Shown: positions 1 through 10,844, counted from the stretch's first letter. The stretch is 64,000 bases of DNA from Dehalococcoidia bacterium (GCA_965262725.1 OZ253555.1:960001-1024000), one strand, 5' to 3'. The notes: a model not told the origin generated them from the letters alone. Program-made: numbers and translations.

Positions 1-1826
1 CCCAAGCGCTCTCCGGTCACGGCGGATGGCCGATGACGGTCTTCCTGACGCCGGAGCGCGAACCCTTCTATGCGGGGACCTACTACCCGCCGGAGGACCG
101 CTACGGCCGACCCGGCTTCCCGCGCTTGCTCGAGGGCGTGCACGAGGCGTGGGAGGAGCGTCGCGCCGACGTGCTGAGGGCGGCTGGCTCGATCACGGAG
201 CGGTTGCGGGCCGCTTCCCGTCACGAGCCGCCGGGCGGCCTGGTGCTCGATCAGGCGGCCGCGGAGCAGGCCGTGGCGCGCCTGCGGATGGACTACGATC
301 CCCGCTGGGGCGGCTTCGGCGGCGCCCCGAAGTTCCCCTCCCCCCCGACGCTCGAGTTCCTGCTCGCCCACGATGCCCTGGGCGGTTCCGAGTCCGCCAC
401 GCCGGCCGCCACCGAGATGATCGTGCACACGCTGCGGAAGATGGCTGCCGGCGGCATCTACGATCAGCTCGGCGGGGGCTTCGCCCGCTACTCCGTCGAC
501 GAGCGCTGGCTGGTCCCGCACTTCGAGAAGATGCTCTACGACAACGCGCAGCTTGCGCGCCTCTATCTGCACGCCCACCAGGTCACCGGCGACGCGCTCT
601 TCGCGCGGATCGCCCGCGAGACGATCGAGTCCATGGAGGAGGAGCTGCGGCTCCCCGGCGGAGGCTACGCCGCGGCGCTCGACGCAGATAGCGAGGGAAT
701 CGAGGGGAAGTACTATCTCTGGAGCGTCGCCGAGATCTGCGAACTCTTCGGCGCGGGCTCGGCCGAGGAGCGGCTCACCCGGCTCGCCTACGGGGTGAGC
801 GAGGGCGGGAACTTCACCGACCCGCACCACGCGGAACTGACCGGCCGGAGCGTGCTCACGCGCCAGCGTCCGGCCGAGGAGTTGGCGGCCGAGCTGGGTG
901 AGCCGGCCGATGCCGTCGAGGAGCGACTCAAGCGCGTTCGGGGAGGGCTCCTCAAGGCCCGCCGCCGGCGCATCCCACCGCACCGCGACGACAAGCTGCT
1001 TGCCTCCTGGAACGGCCTCGCCCTCGGCGCGCTCGCCGAGGCGGCGCGCGTGCTCGACGAGCCGCGCTACCTCGCCCGCGCGGAGGAACTGGCCACGCTC
1101 TTGTGGGAGGAGATGCGCGATGGGGAGAGGCTGCTCCACGTGCGCCGGGACGCGAGCGGGACGAGCTTGCACGTCGGCGGGATGCTGGAGGATTACGCTT
1201 TCGTCGGACTCGGCCTCATCGAGCTCTACCGTTCGGGAGGCGATCTCGGGCAGCTCGCCCGCGCCGAGCTCCTCGGCGCGCAGCTCGTCGAGCTCTTCCA
1301 CGATGCCGAGGGCGGAGGGTTCTTCGAGACCGCGGCGGATGCCGAACGCCTGATCCTGCGCCAGAAGGGAATCGCCGATCAGGCGACGCCGTCGGGCAAC
1401 GCCGCCGCGGCGCAGCTGCTCGCGTGGCTCGCCCGTTACCGCAGCTCACCGCGGTATGAGGAGCTCGCCTCCGAGGCGGTGGCCTTGGCGCAGGGGCGGA
1501 TGGGCGAGCACGCGGCGGGCTTCGGCGCCGCGTGGCTCGCGCGGGCGCTTCTCGCCGCGCCGCGCCGGGAGGCGGCGTTGGTCGGCGACCCCGACGCGCG
1601 CGCGCCTCTCGCGCGCGAGCTCGCACGGCGCTTCCTGCCCGCGACGGTGATCGCTCCTGCGGACTCCGGGCGCGGGTTGCCGCTCCTAGAGGGGCGCGAT
1701 GTCGACAGCGGAGCCGCGGCCTATCTCTGCGAGGACATGGTCTGCGGCCTCCCCGTGACGACCCCCCGGGAGCTCGCCCGCCAGCTCGACGCGACGTATG
1801 CGGGCGCCGGCACCGCTGGCACCTAG
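1..1826 (+). CDS. Thioredoxin-domain/six-hairpin glycosidase-like protein, YyaL/SSP411 (DUF255) family; 5'-partial
   Basis: Frame is open from the window start ([17 protein letters not shown]); motifs [54 protein letters not shown]. Confidence 0.92.
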   Translation, partial: QALSGHGGWPMTVFLTPEREPFYAGTYYPPEDRYGRPGFPRLLEGVHEAWEERRADVLRAAGSITERLRAASRHEPPGGLVLDQAAAEQAVARLRMDYDPRWGGFGGAPKFPSPPTLEFLLAHDALGGSESATPAATEMIVHTLRKMAAGGIYDQLGGGFARYSVDERWLVPHFEKMLYDNAQLARLYLHAHQVTGDALFARIARETIESMEEELRLPGGGYAAALDADSEGIEGKYYLWSVAEICELFGAGSAEERLTRLAYGVSEGGNFTDPHHAELTGRSVLTRQRPAEELAAELGEPADAVEERLKRVRGGLLKARRRRIPPHRDDKLLASWNGLALGALAEAARVLDEPRYLARAEELATLLWEEMRDGERLLHVRRDASGTSLHVGGMLEDYAFVGLGLIELYRSGGDLGQLARAELLGAQLVELFHDAEGGGFFETAADAERLILRQKGIADQATPSGNAAAAQLLAWLARYRSSPRYEELASEAVALAQGRMGEHAAGFGAAWLARALLAAPRREAALVGDPDARAPLARELARRFLPATVIAPADSGRGLPLLEGRDVDSGAAAYLCEDMVCGLPVTTPRELARQLDATYAGAGTAGT

Positions 1827-1990
1827 GGCGTCCACTCCGGATCGGCTCGACCCGCGCGTGTTCCGCGGTTCCTCCGCAGGCGTGGGGCCGGCACGGGACT
1901 TGTGGCGCACCCCCCGCGACGCCATGCTCGAGCGGCCCGCGAACGCGCGACGGGGGTGGATCTCAGGCAGCGTCGGAAGGGGCGGATCGA

Positions 1991-2770
1991 GTGCCCTTCA
2001 TCACCGTTCCCGGCGGCGTGCGCCTCCACTACCGGGACGCGGGCCGTGCGCAGAGCGCGCTCCCGATGCTGTTCGTCCACGGCTGGTGCAGCAGCCTCCA
2101 CGACTGGGAGCCGCAGGCGCGCGCCTTCTCCCGCAGCCGCCGGGTCGTCCGCATCGACCTCCGCGGCCACGGCGCCTCCGACGCGCCGCGCGGCGGCTAC
2201 CGGCTGCGCGTCTTCGCCTCCGACGCAAAGGCGGTGGCGCACTCGCTCGGCATCGACAGGGCGATCCTGATTGGACACTCGCTGGGCGGCGGCGTGGTGC
2301 TCGAACTCGCGCGTCACGCGCCCGCCCTTGCTGCGGGTGTGGTGATGGTCGACGGCATCACGGGCCGGGGGCGTCCGGCGCGGGAGCTCGATGACCATCC
2401 CGCGATCGCCCCGCTCGCCGGGCCTGGCTACCGCGCCGAGATCGGGAACCGCTACCGTGCCTTCTTCCGGCCGACCGTCGACACGGCGCTGGTCGAACGT
2501 GTGGTCGCGTCGGCGGAGCGGACGCCGCCGCACGTGGCGCTCCTGAGCATCCGCGCGATCTACCGTGATAATGCCGCGGCCGCCGGGCGACGGGTGCGCG
2601 CGCCGGCACTCTACATCGCCGCGTCGACCAACCGGCACACGTCGGAGACAATCCGGCGCGTCGTGCCCGGTGCGGCGTTCGCGCAGGTGGTCGGTGCCGG
2701 ACACTTCGCGCAGCTCGAGGTGCCGGAGCAGGTCAACGCGATGCTGCGTAGCTTCATCAAGGGACTCTGA
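1991..2770 (+). CDS. Alpha/beta fold hydrolase
   Basis: FVHGW oxyanion motif, DLRGHGAS, GHSLGG nucleophile elbow, C-terminal GAGHF; GTG start chosen after a purine-rich stretch. Confidence 0.88.
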   Translation: MPFITVPGGVRLHYRDAGRAQSALPMLFVHGWCSSLHDWEPQARAFSRSRRVVRIDLRGHGASDAPRGGYRLRVFASDAKAVAHSLGIDRAILIGHSLGGGVVLELARHAPALAAGVVMVDGITGRGRPARELDDHPAIAPLAGPGYRAEIGNRYRAFFRPTVDTALVERVVASAERTPPHVALLSIRAIYRDNAAAAGRRVRAPALYIAASTNRHTSETIRRVVPGAAFAQVVGAGHFAQLEVPEQVNAMLRSFIKGL

Positions 2771-2803
2771 GCCACCGGAGGGCTCGGGCTGGGAGGAGGT
2801 CCG

Positions 2804-3109
2804 ATGTTCGTCGCAATGAACCGTTTCTCGATCGTTCCCGGGCAGGAGGAGCGTTTCGAGGAAGTATGGCGCAGCCGCGACAGCTATCTGGGCGGTGTGC
2901 CCGGCTTCGTGCGATTCGCGCTCCTACGCGGCGACGAGGCGGGCGACTACATCAGCCACAGCAGCTGGGAGTCGCGCGAGGCCTTCGAGGCGTGGACGCA
3001 GAGCGAGGCCTTCGCGGCTGCGCACCGGCAGGGTTCGCTTGCAGGCGTGCTCGCGGGGCCTCCCCACGTTGCGCTCTACGACACCGTCATGGAGCAGGGC
3101 CGGCCCTGA
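2804..3109 (+). CDS. Antibiotic biosynthesis monooxygenase family protein, IsdG/HmoA-like heme-degrading monooxygenase
   Basis: MFVAMNRF...VPGF...WTQSEAFAAAH with the Asn/Trp/His pattern; GGAGG RBS. Confidence 0.85.
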   Translation: MFVAMNRFSIVPGQEERFEEVWRSRDSYLGGVPGFVRFALLRGDEAGDYISHSSWESREAFEAWTQSEAFAAAHRQGSLAGVLAGPPHVALYDTVMEQGRP

Positions 3110-3175
3110 GGCGGACGGCTCGCGGGTGAAACTCCCTGTCGGAGACTCCGCCGCGTCCCGGATGTGGCGGCCGCC

Positions 3176-4408
3176 CTACGGAGCGTCGCGCCCGTCCGGG
3201 TGCGGCCGCGGCGTGAGGGCGATGCCCGCCGGCGCGCCGGCTTCTGCGACGATCGCGGAGCGGCCGTAGAGCCAGCTCACGAGGTGCTTGCCGGCGAGTT
3301 CGTGTCGCCAGCCCGAGAGCAGCGGCAGCCCGGGCGGGGGTTGCCTCCCGCCCCCGGCCCACCAGCGTGCCAGCTCCTCGGCGTCCCCGCGCGAGGCGAC
3401 GAAGCGCGGCGCGACCTCCTCGGCGCGGCAGAGCGCAGTCAAGAGTGCCGTGAGCATTGTGGCCCAGCCCTGCGCCGAGTCGGGCAGGGGCGGGCGTGCG
3501 GCCCGGCGCTCGGGCGGGTCCTCGGCGCCCTCGCGCAGGGCGTGCAGCATCTGGTCTCCGTAGCGGCGCACCGTGCCCTGGGAGAGCCCGCGTGCCTCCG
3601 CCAGGCCGGGCGCGCTCCGCGGAATCCGCCGCGCCAGCTCCACCACCGTGCGATCGGGAACGATGCGGCTCGGCGGCAGGTTGAGCCGCCGAGCCTCGCC
3701 TTCGCGCCAGGCAGCGAGCCCGCGCAGCGCCCCCTGCGCGCGCGGGCTCAGGCTCGCCCATCCGCGCAGCCGCCGGTAGGCCTCCGCGGGCGGGGATCGG
3801 CGCGCGTACGTGGAGACGAGGCGCGCCGACTCCTCCTCCACCCAGCCCAGGCGTCCGCGATCCTCCAGCTCCCGCCGCAACCGCGCCCATGCGCGGGGGA
3901 GGTAGCGCACGTCGTTCAGCGCATACCGGATCTGCTCGCCCGAGAGCGGGCGGTCGAGCCACTGCGTGAACTGCCCGCCCTTGTCGAGGTGGACGCCGAG
4001 CAGGCTCTCGACGAGCGCCCCGTAGCCGATCTGGTCGCCGAGACCGATGAAGCTGGCCGCGATCTGCGTGTCGACCACGGCCTGGGGCGAGACGCCGTGG
4101 CGGCTAGCGAGCAGCGAGACGTCGGCCTGCGCCGCGTGCAGCACGGTCTCGAGCTCCGGATCGCCGACGAGGCAGACCACAGGTCCGGGATCGACCGCGA
4201 GCGGGTCGATGGCGGCGACCGTCGGATCCTCCACATCGCCCCACCCGACCTGCACGAGCCCGAGATCCGGCGTGTAGCGTCCCTCCGACACGAACTCGAG
4301 GTCGATACAGAACCACCCGCACCCGCGGATCGCGGCCGCCACCTCCCGCACGGCCGACGCCGAGGTCGCCGGCTCCGGCGGTGGCGCCGAGGCCCCGGCT
4401 GCGCTCAT
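3176..4408 (-). CDS. rnd: Ribonuclease D (DEDDy exonuclease + HRDC)
   Basis: IDLEF, HAAQAD, DTQIAA, YALND motifs; HRDC-like WREGEARRLNLPPSRIV. Confidence 0.9.
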   Translation of the reverse strand: MSAAGASAPPPEPATSASAVREVAAAIRGCGWFCIDLEFVSEGRYTPDLGLVQVGWGDVEDPTVAAIDPLAVDPGPVVCLVGDPELETVLHAAQADVSLLASRHGVSPQAVVDTQIAASFIGLGDQIGYGALVESLLGVHLDKGGQFTQWLDRPLSGEQIRYALNDVRYLPRAWARLRRELEDRGRLGWVEEESARLVSTYARRSPPAEAYRRLRGWASLSPRAQGALRGLAAWREGEARRLNLPPSRIVPDRTVVELARRIPRSAPGLAEARGLSQGTVRRYGDQMLHALREGAEDPPERRAARPPLPDSAQGWATMLTALLTALCRAEEVAPRFVASRGDAEELARWWAGGGRQPPPGLPLLSGWRHELAGKHLVSWLYGRSAIVAEAGAPAGIALTPRPHPDGRDAP

Positions 4409-4863
4409 TGCTCGTCCGCGCCGTCGGCGGTGCTCCCCAGGGGAAGCCGGGCGGCGAAGGAGAGCTCGTGGCCGTCGGGGTCGCGAAGGTGGAAGTAGCG
4501 CTCGCCCCACTCCCCGTCGCGCGGCCGGCCCTCGGGCTCAAGTCCAGCGGCGATCGCGTGCCGATAGAGGGCGTCGACCGCAGCGATGTCTGAGAGGTGG
4601 AAGATGACCCGCCCCCAGCCCGCCGGACCGGCGCCCGTCGCGCCCCCGCTCGCTGTCGACACAGGCCTCAGCGCGAGGTTCAGGTGCTCGTCCGCCCCGA
4701 TGTCGAGAATGGTGAAGGCAGCGTCCGCGTCCCCGTAGCTCGCGCGGAGACCGAGCGCTCCGTAGAAGGCGACCGCGCGCGGCATGTCGGTGGTGGCGAG
4801 GGTCACGGCGTTGATGCTGCGGATTGCCGCCTCCGCACCGCGGTCGTCCGCGCTCGCTCCCAT
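4405..4863 (-). CDS. VOC/glyoxalase family protein
   Basis: AVAFYGALG, WGRVIFH, PRDGEWGERYFHLRDPDGHELSF. Confidence 0.88.
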   Translation of the reverse strand: MGASADDRGAEAAIRSINAVTLATTDMPRAVAFYGALGLRASYGDADAAFTILDIGADEHLNLALRPVSTASGGATGAGPAGWGRVIFHLSDIAAVDALYRHAIAAGLEPEGRPRDGEWGERYFHLRDPDGHELSFAARLPLGSTADGADEQ

Positions 4864-5029
4864 GGCGCCAGCATACGTGCTTCCGCGGGCGCCCGTTCCG
4901 CGGGCCGGTCCGTCGCTCCGACGGGGGCCGAGGCGGGTCGGCATCGCCGATGCGGGCGAGCTTCCGGCGGTCTCGGTGGGCTCGGAGCTGCCATTGTCGC
5001 CACGCCCGCGCCCTGCGCCCGGGCGCGGC

Positions 5030-5431
5030 TCAGCCCGCGAGGAAGGAGAGGCGGACGCGCCGGGAGGGGTTGTCGGTGTTCAGGTCGACCAGCACAACGC
5101 TCTGCCACGTGCCGAGCACGGGTTGGCCGCCCTCGACCGGCAGCACCAGCGAGGGGCTGACGAGGGCCGGGAGGAGGTGGTCGGCGCCGTGTCCGGGCGA
5201 GCCGTGGCGGTGGAGGTAGCGGTCGTCGCGCGGGAGCAGCCGGTAGAGCGCCTCGACGAGGTCGGCGTCGGAGCCCGCGCCCGTCTCCAGCAGCGCCAGT
5301 CCGCAGGTCGCGTGCGGCGCGAAGAGGGAGATCAGACCGTCGCCCCGATCCCGGCAGAAACTCCGCACCTCGTCTGTGAGGTCGACGACGCGCCGGTCGG
5401 ACGTATCGACCGCGATCTCGCAGCTCTCCAC
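5030..5431 (-). CDS. yjbQ: YjbQ/UPF0047 family protein (secondary thiamine-phosphate synthase)
   Basis: PHATCG, HGADH, LGTWQSVVLVD signature. Confidence 0.88.
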   Translation of the reverse strand: MESCEIAVDTSDRRVVDLTDEVRSFCRDRGDGLISLFAPHATCGLALLETGAGSDADLVEALYRLLPRDDRYLHRHGSPGHGADHLLPALVSPSLVLPVEGGQPVLGTWQSVVLVDLNTDNPSRRVRLSFLAG

Positions 5432-8400
5432 TATCGGCTCGCGGCGCCGCCGGCAACGGCCGCCACTTCACCTCCGCCCGCCTCCGCGGGAACGCCGTCG
5501 ACGAGGATCACCGCCCGCCCCGGCTGGGCCGGCAGGCGCGCGCCCGGGAGCAGGGCGCCCGTCAGGTTGAGCGGATCGACGGCCGGGACCACCACGCGCT
5601 CGCCGGAGTGCGGCTCCCGCCGCATCCGCCTGAGCGCCTCGACCGCCTCGGGGAGCGCGAATTGCTCGCCGTGCAGCCCGGTGACGAAGCGCCCGCCGCG
5701 GACGAGGCCGCGCGCTTCCAGCCGGCGGAGCGCCCGGAGGACCTCGCGCCAGGGCACCGTGAAGCTCTCGCGCAGGGCGAGGTCGCGGAAGACCACGCCC
5801 CAGCGGTCCAGCAGCACGCGCGCGACCTCCTCTGCGAGCGCCTCGGTGTCGAGGGCGCTCTCGCGCCCGAGGGGAACGGCCGCCTCGAGCAGCGACCAGC
5901 GGCCGGTCGGCCGGCCGCGCAGGAAGACGCGTGGCTCCTCCGCCCGCCCCGTGTGCCACGGCGCGAGCGGCCTCCGGCGCGGCCCCCGCCGCCGCCCTCC
6001 GCCGCGGTGGCGCCCCGCCACGTCCCGGAGGGGCTGCACGCCGTCGGCGGTGATGAGGCCGAGCCCGATCAGCACGCGCAGCCCACGCTCGACGTCCTGC
6101 GGCAGTCGCCGCGTTGCCGCGACGATCTCGTCTAGGAAGAGCGCGCCGCGCTCGGCGAGGAGCGCCCGGATCTCGGCGGCGGCGCCTGCCTCGGGCGCCG
6201 GCGCAGGCGCCGGGCCGTGGCGCCGCACCGCCTCCAGCAGGAGACCGAGATCGGCGCGCGGGGCGAGTGTCACAGGCGTCGCGCGCGAGGCAGGGCCGCG
6301 CCCCGTCCCGGCGGCGGCGCGGCGGGGCGTGAGGCGCGCCCACGCCAGCTCGCCCGAGAGCGCGAACTCGTCGAGCCAGGCGGACTCGTAGTCGGGCACC
6401 CGCGCCGCGAGCAGCTCTCGCTCCCACGAGACTGCCGGCGCCTCGAAGCCGCGGAGGCGGGTGAGGGCTGTCCGCAGCCCCGCGCGCCCCTGGAGCTCCG
6501 AGCCGGGCGCCAGGCCGTGCCAGCGGAGCAGGAAGCGCATCAGCTCTTGCACGGGGAGCGGGGCGATCTCCTGGCGCAGCTGCTCCAGGGTGTAGCGGTG
6601 GATGCGCGCGAGCAGCGCACGGTCGCAGATCTCCTCCTCGGCGGGCGCAAGCGTGAAGCGCCCCCTCAGCACGAAGCCCCCCGCCTCGAGCTGCGCGACG
6701 CCACGCCCCACGTCGACGGCGGCGAGACCGCTGCGGGTCGCGAGCTCGGCGACGGTCACCGGTCCTGAGACCTCGGCGTGGCCGCGGAGCAGCCGCATGC
6801 GCGCCTCCTCGCGGTCCGAGACCGAAATCAGCGCCTCGGCGGGGGGCGCCGCGGCGATCTCGATGCGGGCCCCCAGGTAGAGGAGCGAGACGGCAGGGAT
6901 GTGCTCCGCCGCGAACCACAGCGTCCCGTCGCTCCCCACGCCGCCGAGTCGCGCTCGGCCCGCGCGTCCCGCCTCCGCGAGCTCGGCCAGCCACCGCCCC
7001 CAGCCGGGGACGGCGTCCTCCCGGACGGCGACGAGCCCGAGCAGCGCGTCGTGGACCTCCTCAGCGCTTCGCGGGTTGGGCCACGCCTGCTCCCGCACGC
7101 GCTCGATGGCGGCCGGGTCGAGCGCCCCGAGGTCCCGCTGGTGCTCGGGGAGCGTCCGGCGGAGCTGGACGGCGCGGGCGCGTCGCTCCTCGAGCGGCGC
7201 GTCGTCGAGGTAGGTATAGGATCGGCCCGCGACGATCTCGTGCGCCATCGGCGAGGGCTCCGTGGTGTCCCGCGCGTGGAGGCGGATCGAGCCCGCCTCC
7301 ACGCGTTCGAGGACGGCGCGCGCTCCGTCGACGTCCATCACCTCGCGCAGGCAGTCCCGCATCGTCTGCCGGATCAGCACGTGGTCGGGGAGCTCAAGTG
7401 CTCCCGTTACGTTCTCCTGGCACCCGACGACGTCGGGGAAGACGGAGGCGAGCAGGTCGTCGGCGCGCATGCGCTGCACCCACGGCGCCACGCGCTTCCC
7501 GCCCCGCCGGCGCGGCACGGCGAGCGCGCGGGTCGCGTTCCAGCGCCAGTGCGTCGGCAGGAGCGGCGTGTAGAGCACAGATTGCTCGACGGACTGCTCG
7601 AGGTTCGTGGAGGTCACGTAGCGGAACGACTCCGCCAGCGGGAAGGAGTGCTGGGGCCCCAGTGAGAGCAGGATCGCGTCGTCGGAGGCGGCGGCCTGGA
7701 GCTCGAAGTCGAAGACGACGCAGAAGCGCTTCCGCAGCGCAAGCCCCCACGCGCGGTTGACGCGCGATCCGAACGGCGCGTGCACGACGAGCTGCATCCC
7801 GCCCGATTCGTCGAAGAACCGCTCGAAGACGACGTCCTCGTCGGTCGGGACGAGTCCGAGGCCCTCGCGGGTCGCACGCAGGTAGTCGACGAGCTGTGCG
7901 GTGCCGGCGTCGGGCAGCGACGTCTCCCGGACCAGCCACGCGCGCAGCTCCCTGCTGTCGCCGTCGAGTCGTGCCGCGACGTCGCGCCTGAGCCGGCCGA
8001 CCTCCTCGGAGAGCTCCCGCGTGCGACCGGGCGCCTGCCCCTCCCAGAATGGAATCGTCGGGGGCGCCCCCCCCGCGTCAGCCACGCGCATCGTGTCGCC
8101 GACCAGCCGCCGGATGCGCCACGAGGTCGAGCCGAGGAGGAAGATGTCGCCCGCCGCACTCTCGACCGCGAAGTCCTCGCCGACGCTCCCCACCACGATG
8201 TCGCCGGGCTCGGCGACCACGCGGTAGTCGCCCATCTCGGGGATCGTGCCGCCGTTGAGGAGCGCCGCGAGCCGCGCGGAGCGGCGGCCGCGTAGCACGC
8301 CGTGGATGCGGTCCCGGTGGATGAGCGGCGCGGCGCGGCCCGCGCCCTCGCCGATCCCGTCCGCGAGCATCGCGACGATCTCGTCGTACTCGGAGCGCTC

Positions 8401-9771
8401 GAGCTCGGAGAAGGGATGGGCGCGTCGGGCGAGCGCGAACAGCGCCTCCTCGTCCCACTCCTCCGCGGCGCACTCGGCGACCAGTTGCTGCGCCAGCACG
8501 TCGAGCGGCGCGACCAGGGGCTCGACGCGGTCCAAGCGGCCTCCGCGCACGGCGCGCACCAGCGCCGCGGCCTCGACCAGGTCGTCGCGGGTCGTCGCGA
8601 AGATGCGGCCGCTGGGCCGAAGCCCCAGCGCGTGACCGGATCGCCCGACGCGCTGCAGGAAGGTGGCGATGCTCCGCGGCGAGCCCACCTGGCAGACGAG
8701 GTCGATGGCGCCGATGTCGATGCCGAGCTCGAGTGAGGCGGTGGCGACGAGCGCGCGCAACTCGCCGGCCTTGAGGCGCGACTCCACGCGCTCGCGCCGC
8801 TCGCGCGAGAGCGAGCCGTGGTGGCTCGCGACGGCGTCCTCGCCGAGGCGCTCGGCGAGGCGGTGGGCGACCCGCTCGGAGAGCTGCCGCGTGTTCACGA
8901 AGACCAATGTGGTGTGGTGGCCCGTCACCAGCTCGGCGAGCCGGTCGTAGATCTCGTCCCACTGCTCGCGCGGCGTCACCGCCTCTAGGTCGGTGGGCGG
9001 CACCTCGATCGCCAGATCGAGGTCGCGCTGGTGGCCGAGGTCGACCACCTCGCAGGGCCGTTCCCGGCCTTCGGGCGCCCGGCCCACCAGGAAGCGGGCC
9101 ACCTCGTCAACGGGTCGTACGGTCGCCGAGAGACCGATCCGCACCGGACGGGCGGAGCCCGCGCTCTCGACGACGTGGTCGAGGCGTTCGAGCGAGAGCG
9201 CGAGATGACTCCCTCGCCTGTCGCGGGCGAGCGCGTGGATCTCGTCCACGATCACCGTCTCCACCGTGCGGAGCGCCTCGCGCCCGCGCTGAGAGGTGAG
9301 CAGCAGGTAGAGGGACTCCGGCGTCGTGATGAGGATGTGCGGCGGTCGACGGACCTGCGCCTGCCGCATCGCCGGCGGCGTGTCGCCGGAGCGGACGGCG
9401 ACGCGCAGAGCCGGAAAGATCGCGTGGCGCGCGGCGGCGATCGCGCGGAGCTCGGCGAGAGGCGTCTCGAGGTTGCGGTGGATGTCGTTGCCGAGCGCGC
9501 GCAGCGGGGTGACGTAGAGGATGCTCGTCTGGTCCGAGAGCGCGCCGCGATCGGCGGCGGCGATAAGGTGGTCGAGGCCCCAGAGAAAGGCGGCGAGTGT
9601 CTTTCCGGAGCCGGTCGGGGCCGTGATCAGCGTGTCGCGGCGACGCGCGATGAGGGGCCACCCGGCCGCCTGCGCCTCGGTCGGCGCTCCGAAGCGCGCT
9701 AGGAACCACTCGCGCACGAGCGGGTGGAAGGCCTCCAGGGCGTCGTTCGGGGACGGGGGTGTCCCGGCCAT
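5431..9771 (-). CDS. lhr: Lhr-family SF2 DNA helicase (full length, with C-terminal extension)
   Basis: APTGSGKT, ITTPESL, VDEIH, SATV, HHGSLS, SLELGIDIG, QRVGRSGH; C-terminal EARGLVRGGRFVTG..GEQFA; 1446 aa. Confidence 0.93.
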   Translation of the reverse strand: MAGTPPSPNDALEAFHPLVREWFLARFGAPTEAQAAGWPLIARRRDTLITAPTGSGKTLAAFLWGLDHLIAAADRGALSDQTSILYVTPLRALGNDIHRNLETPLAELRAIAAARHAIFPALRVAVRSGDTPPAMRQAQVRRPPHILITTPESLYLLLTSQRGREALRTVETVIVDEIHALARDRRGSHLALSLERLDHVVESAGSARPVRIGLSATVRPVDEVARFLVGRAPEGRERPCEVVDLGHQRDLDLAIEVPPTDLEAVTPREQWDEIYDRLAELVTGHHTTLVFVNTRQLSERVAHRLAERLGEDAVASHHGSLSRERRERVESRLKAGELRALVATASLELGIDIGAIDLVCQVGSPRSIATFLQRVGRSGHALGLRPSGRIFATTRDDLVEAAALVRAVRGGRLDRVEPLVAPLDVLAQQLVAECAAEEWDEEALFALARRAHPFSELERSEYDEIVAMLADGIGEGAGRAAPLIHRDRIHGVLRGRRSARLAALLNGGTIPEMGDYRVVAEPGDIVVGSVGEDFAVESAAGDIFLLGSTSWRIRRLVGDTMRVADAGGAPPTIPFWEGQAPGRTRELSEEVGRLRRDVAARLDGDSRELRAWLVRETSLPDAGTAQLVDYLRATREGLGLVPTDEDVVFERFFDESGGMQLVVHAPFGSRVNRAWGLALRKRFCVVFDFELQAAASDDAILLSLGPQHSFPLAESFRYVTSTNLEQSVEQSVLYTPLLPTHWRWNATRALAVPRRRGGKRVAPWVQRMRADDLLASVFPDVVGCQENVTGALELPDHVLIRQTMRDCLREVMDVDGARAVLERVEAGSIRLHARDTTEPSPMAHEIVAGRSYTYLDDAPLEERRARAVQLRRTLPEHQRDLGALDPAAIERVREQAWPNPRSAEEVHDALLGLVAVREDAVPGWGRWLAELAEAGRAGRARLGGVGSDGTLWFAAEHIPAVSLLYLGARIEIAAAPPAEALISVSDREEARMRLLRGHAEVSGPVTVAELATRSGLAAVDVGRGVAQLEAGGFVLRGRFTLAPAEEEICDRALLARIHRYTLEQLRQEIAPLPVQELMRFLLRWHGLAPGSELQGRAGLRTALTRLRGFEAPAVSWERELLAARVPDYESAWLDEFALSGELAWARLTPRRAAAGTGRGPASRATPVTLAPRADLGLLLEAVRRHGPAPAPAPEAGAAAEIRALLAERGALFLDEIVAATRRLPQDVERGLRVLIGLGLITADGVQPLRDVAGRHRGGGRRRGPRRRPLAPWHTGRAEEPRVFLRGRPTGRWSLLEAAVPLGRESALDTEALAEEVARVLLDRWGVVFRDLALRESFTVPWREVLRALRRLEARGLVRGGRFVTGLHGEQFALPEAVEALRRMRREPHSGERVVVPAVDPLNLTGALLPGARLPAQPGRAVILVDGVPAEAGGGEVAAVAGGAASR

Positions 9772-9908
9772 CGTCTCCTCCCGCGCCGCTGCGACGTGCG
9801 TTGGGGGCGCGATCGTACCAGCGCAGGGCGGGCGGACGGTGCCTGACCGTGAGCGCGTGGCGCACGATGATGGGCGAAGTCCCGCGAAGCGGGGCGGGGG
9901 AGGACGCG

Positions 9909-10844
9909 ATGATGTCGACCGAGGCAGGAAGCGGGGGCGCGGCCCGCGGTCAGGCGATGGTGGCGACGGATGTCGGCGGGACCCAGATGCGCGTCGCCGT
10001 CTACGACGCGGCCGGCCGGCAGCGCCACCATCGCGTCGGCCCGACGCCGCACGAGGATCCCGGGGCCCTCGTGGAGGCGATACGCGAGGCCGTCGCCGCC
10101 TCGCCGCTCCCTGTCGGGGGCGCGGTGGTCGGCATCGCCGGTCCCATCGACTACCACCTAGGCGTTCCGCGCGCGCTCCCGCATCTCCCGGCGTGGGAGG
10201 GGTGCGTCTCCGCGCAGGGCCTCGCGGATGCGGTGGGCATGCCCGTCGTCGTCGCGAACGACGCCGACCTCGCCGCGCTTGGCGAGCAGCGCTTCGGTGC
10301 CGGCGCCGGGGCGCAGGACGTCGTCTATCTCACCGCGAGCACGGGCGTCGGCGGCGGTGTGGTGCTGGGGGGTCGGCTCCTGCGCTCGCGCTACTCCGTC
10401 GCCGAGATCGGGCACACGGTGATCGATCGCCAAAGCGGTGCGAGCGTCGAGGGGCTGGGCTCGGGCACCGCGCTGGCCGAGCTCTCCGGCGATGATCCGG
10501 CGGCGGTCTCGGCGCGCGCCGCCGCGGGCGACGAGCGGGCGGCCGCGCTCTTCCGGGAGGTGGCGGACGCCTTCTCGTTGGGGGTGCTGAACGCCGCGCT
10601 CTGCTTCATGCCGGAGCGCGTCGTGATAGGCGGGGGTATGTCGCAGGCGGGCGACCTGCTGCTCGGCCCCGTGCGCGAGCGCATCGCGGCGGGGCCGGCG
10701 GTGCTTTCCCTTCGCCCGGAGGACGTCGTGCTCGCGACCGGCGGCGACGACGCCGGGCTGCGCGGCGCCTACGCGCTCTGGCTCGACCTCACCGACCCCG
10801 CGCGGGTGCCGGGGGATCTGGACATGGTGGCGCCCGCGGGGTGA
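9909..10844 (+). CDS. ROK family sugar kinase (glucokinase-like)
   Basis: DVGGT, VANDADLAALGE, STGVGGG, EIGH, VVIGGG; start codon uncertain. Confidence 0.85.
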   Translation: MMSTEAGSGGAARGQAMVATDVGGTQMRVAVYDAAGRQRHHRVGPTPHEDPGALVEAIREAVAASPLPVGGAVVGIAGPIDYHLGVPRALPHLPAWEGCVSAQGLADAVGMPVVVANDADLAALGEQRFGAGAGAQDVVYLTASTGVGGGVVLGGRLLRSRYSVAEIGHTVIDRQSGASVEGLGSGTALAELSGDDPAAVSARAAAGDERAAALFREVADAFSLGVLNAALCFMPERVVIGGGMSQAGDLLLGPVRERIAAGPAVLSLRPEDVVLATGGDDAGLRGAYALWLDLTDPARVPGDLDMVAPAG

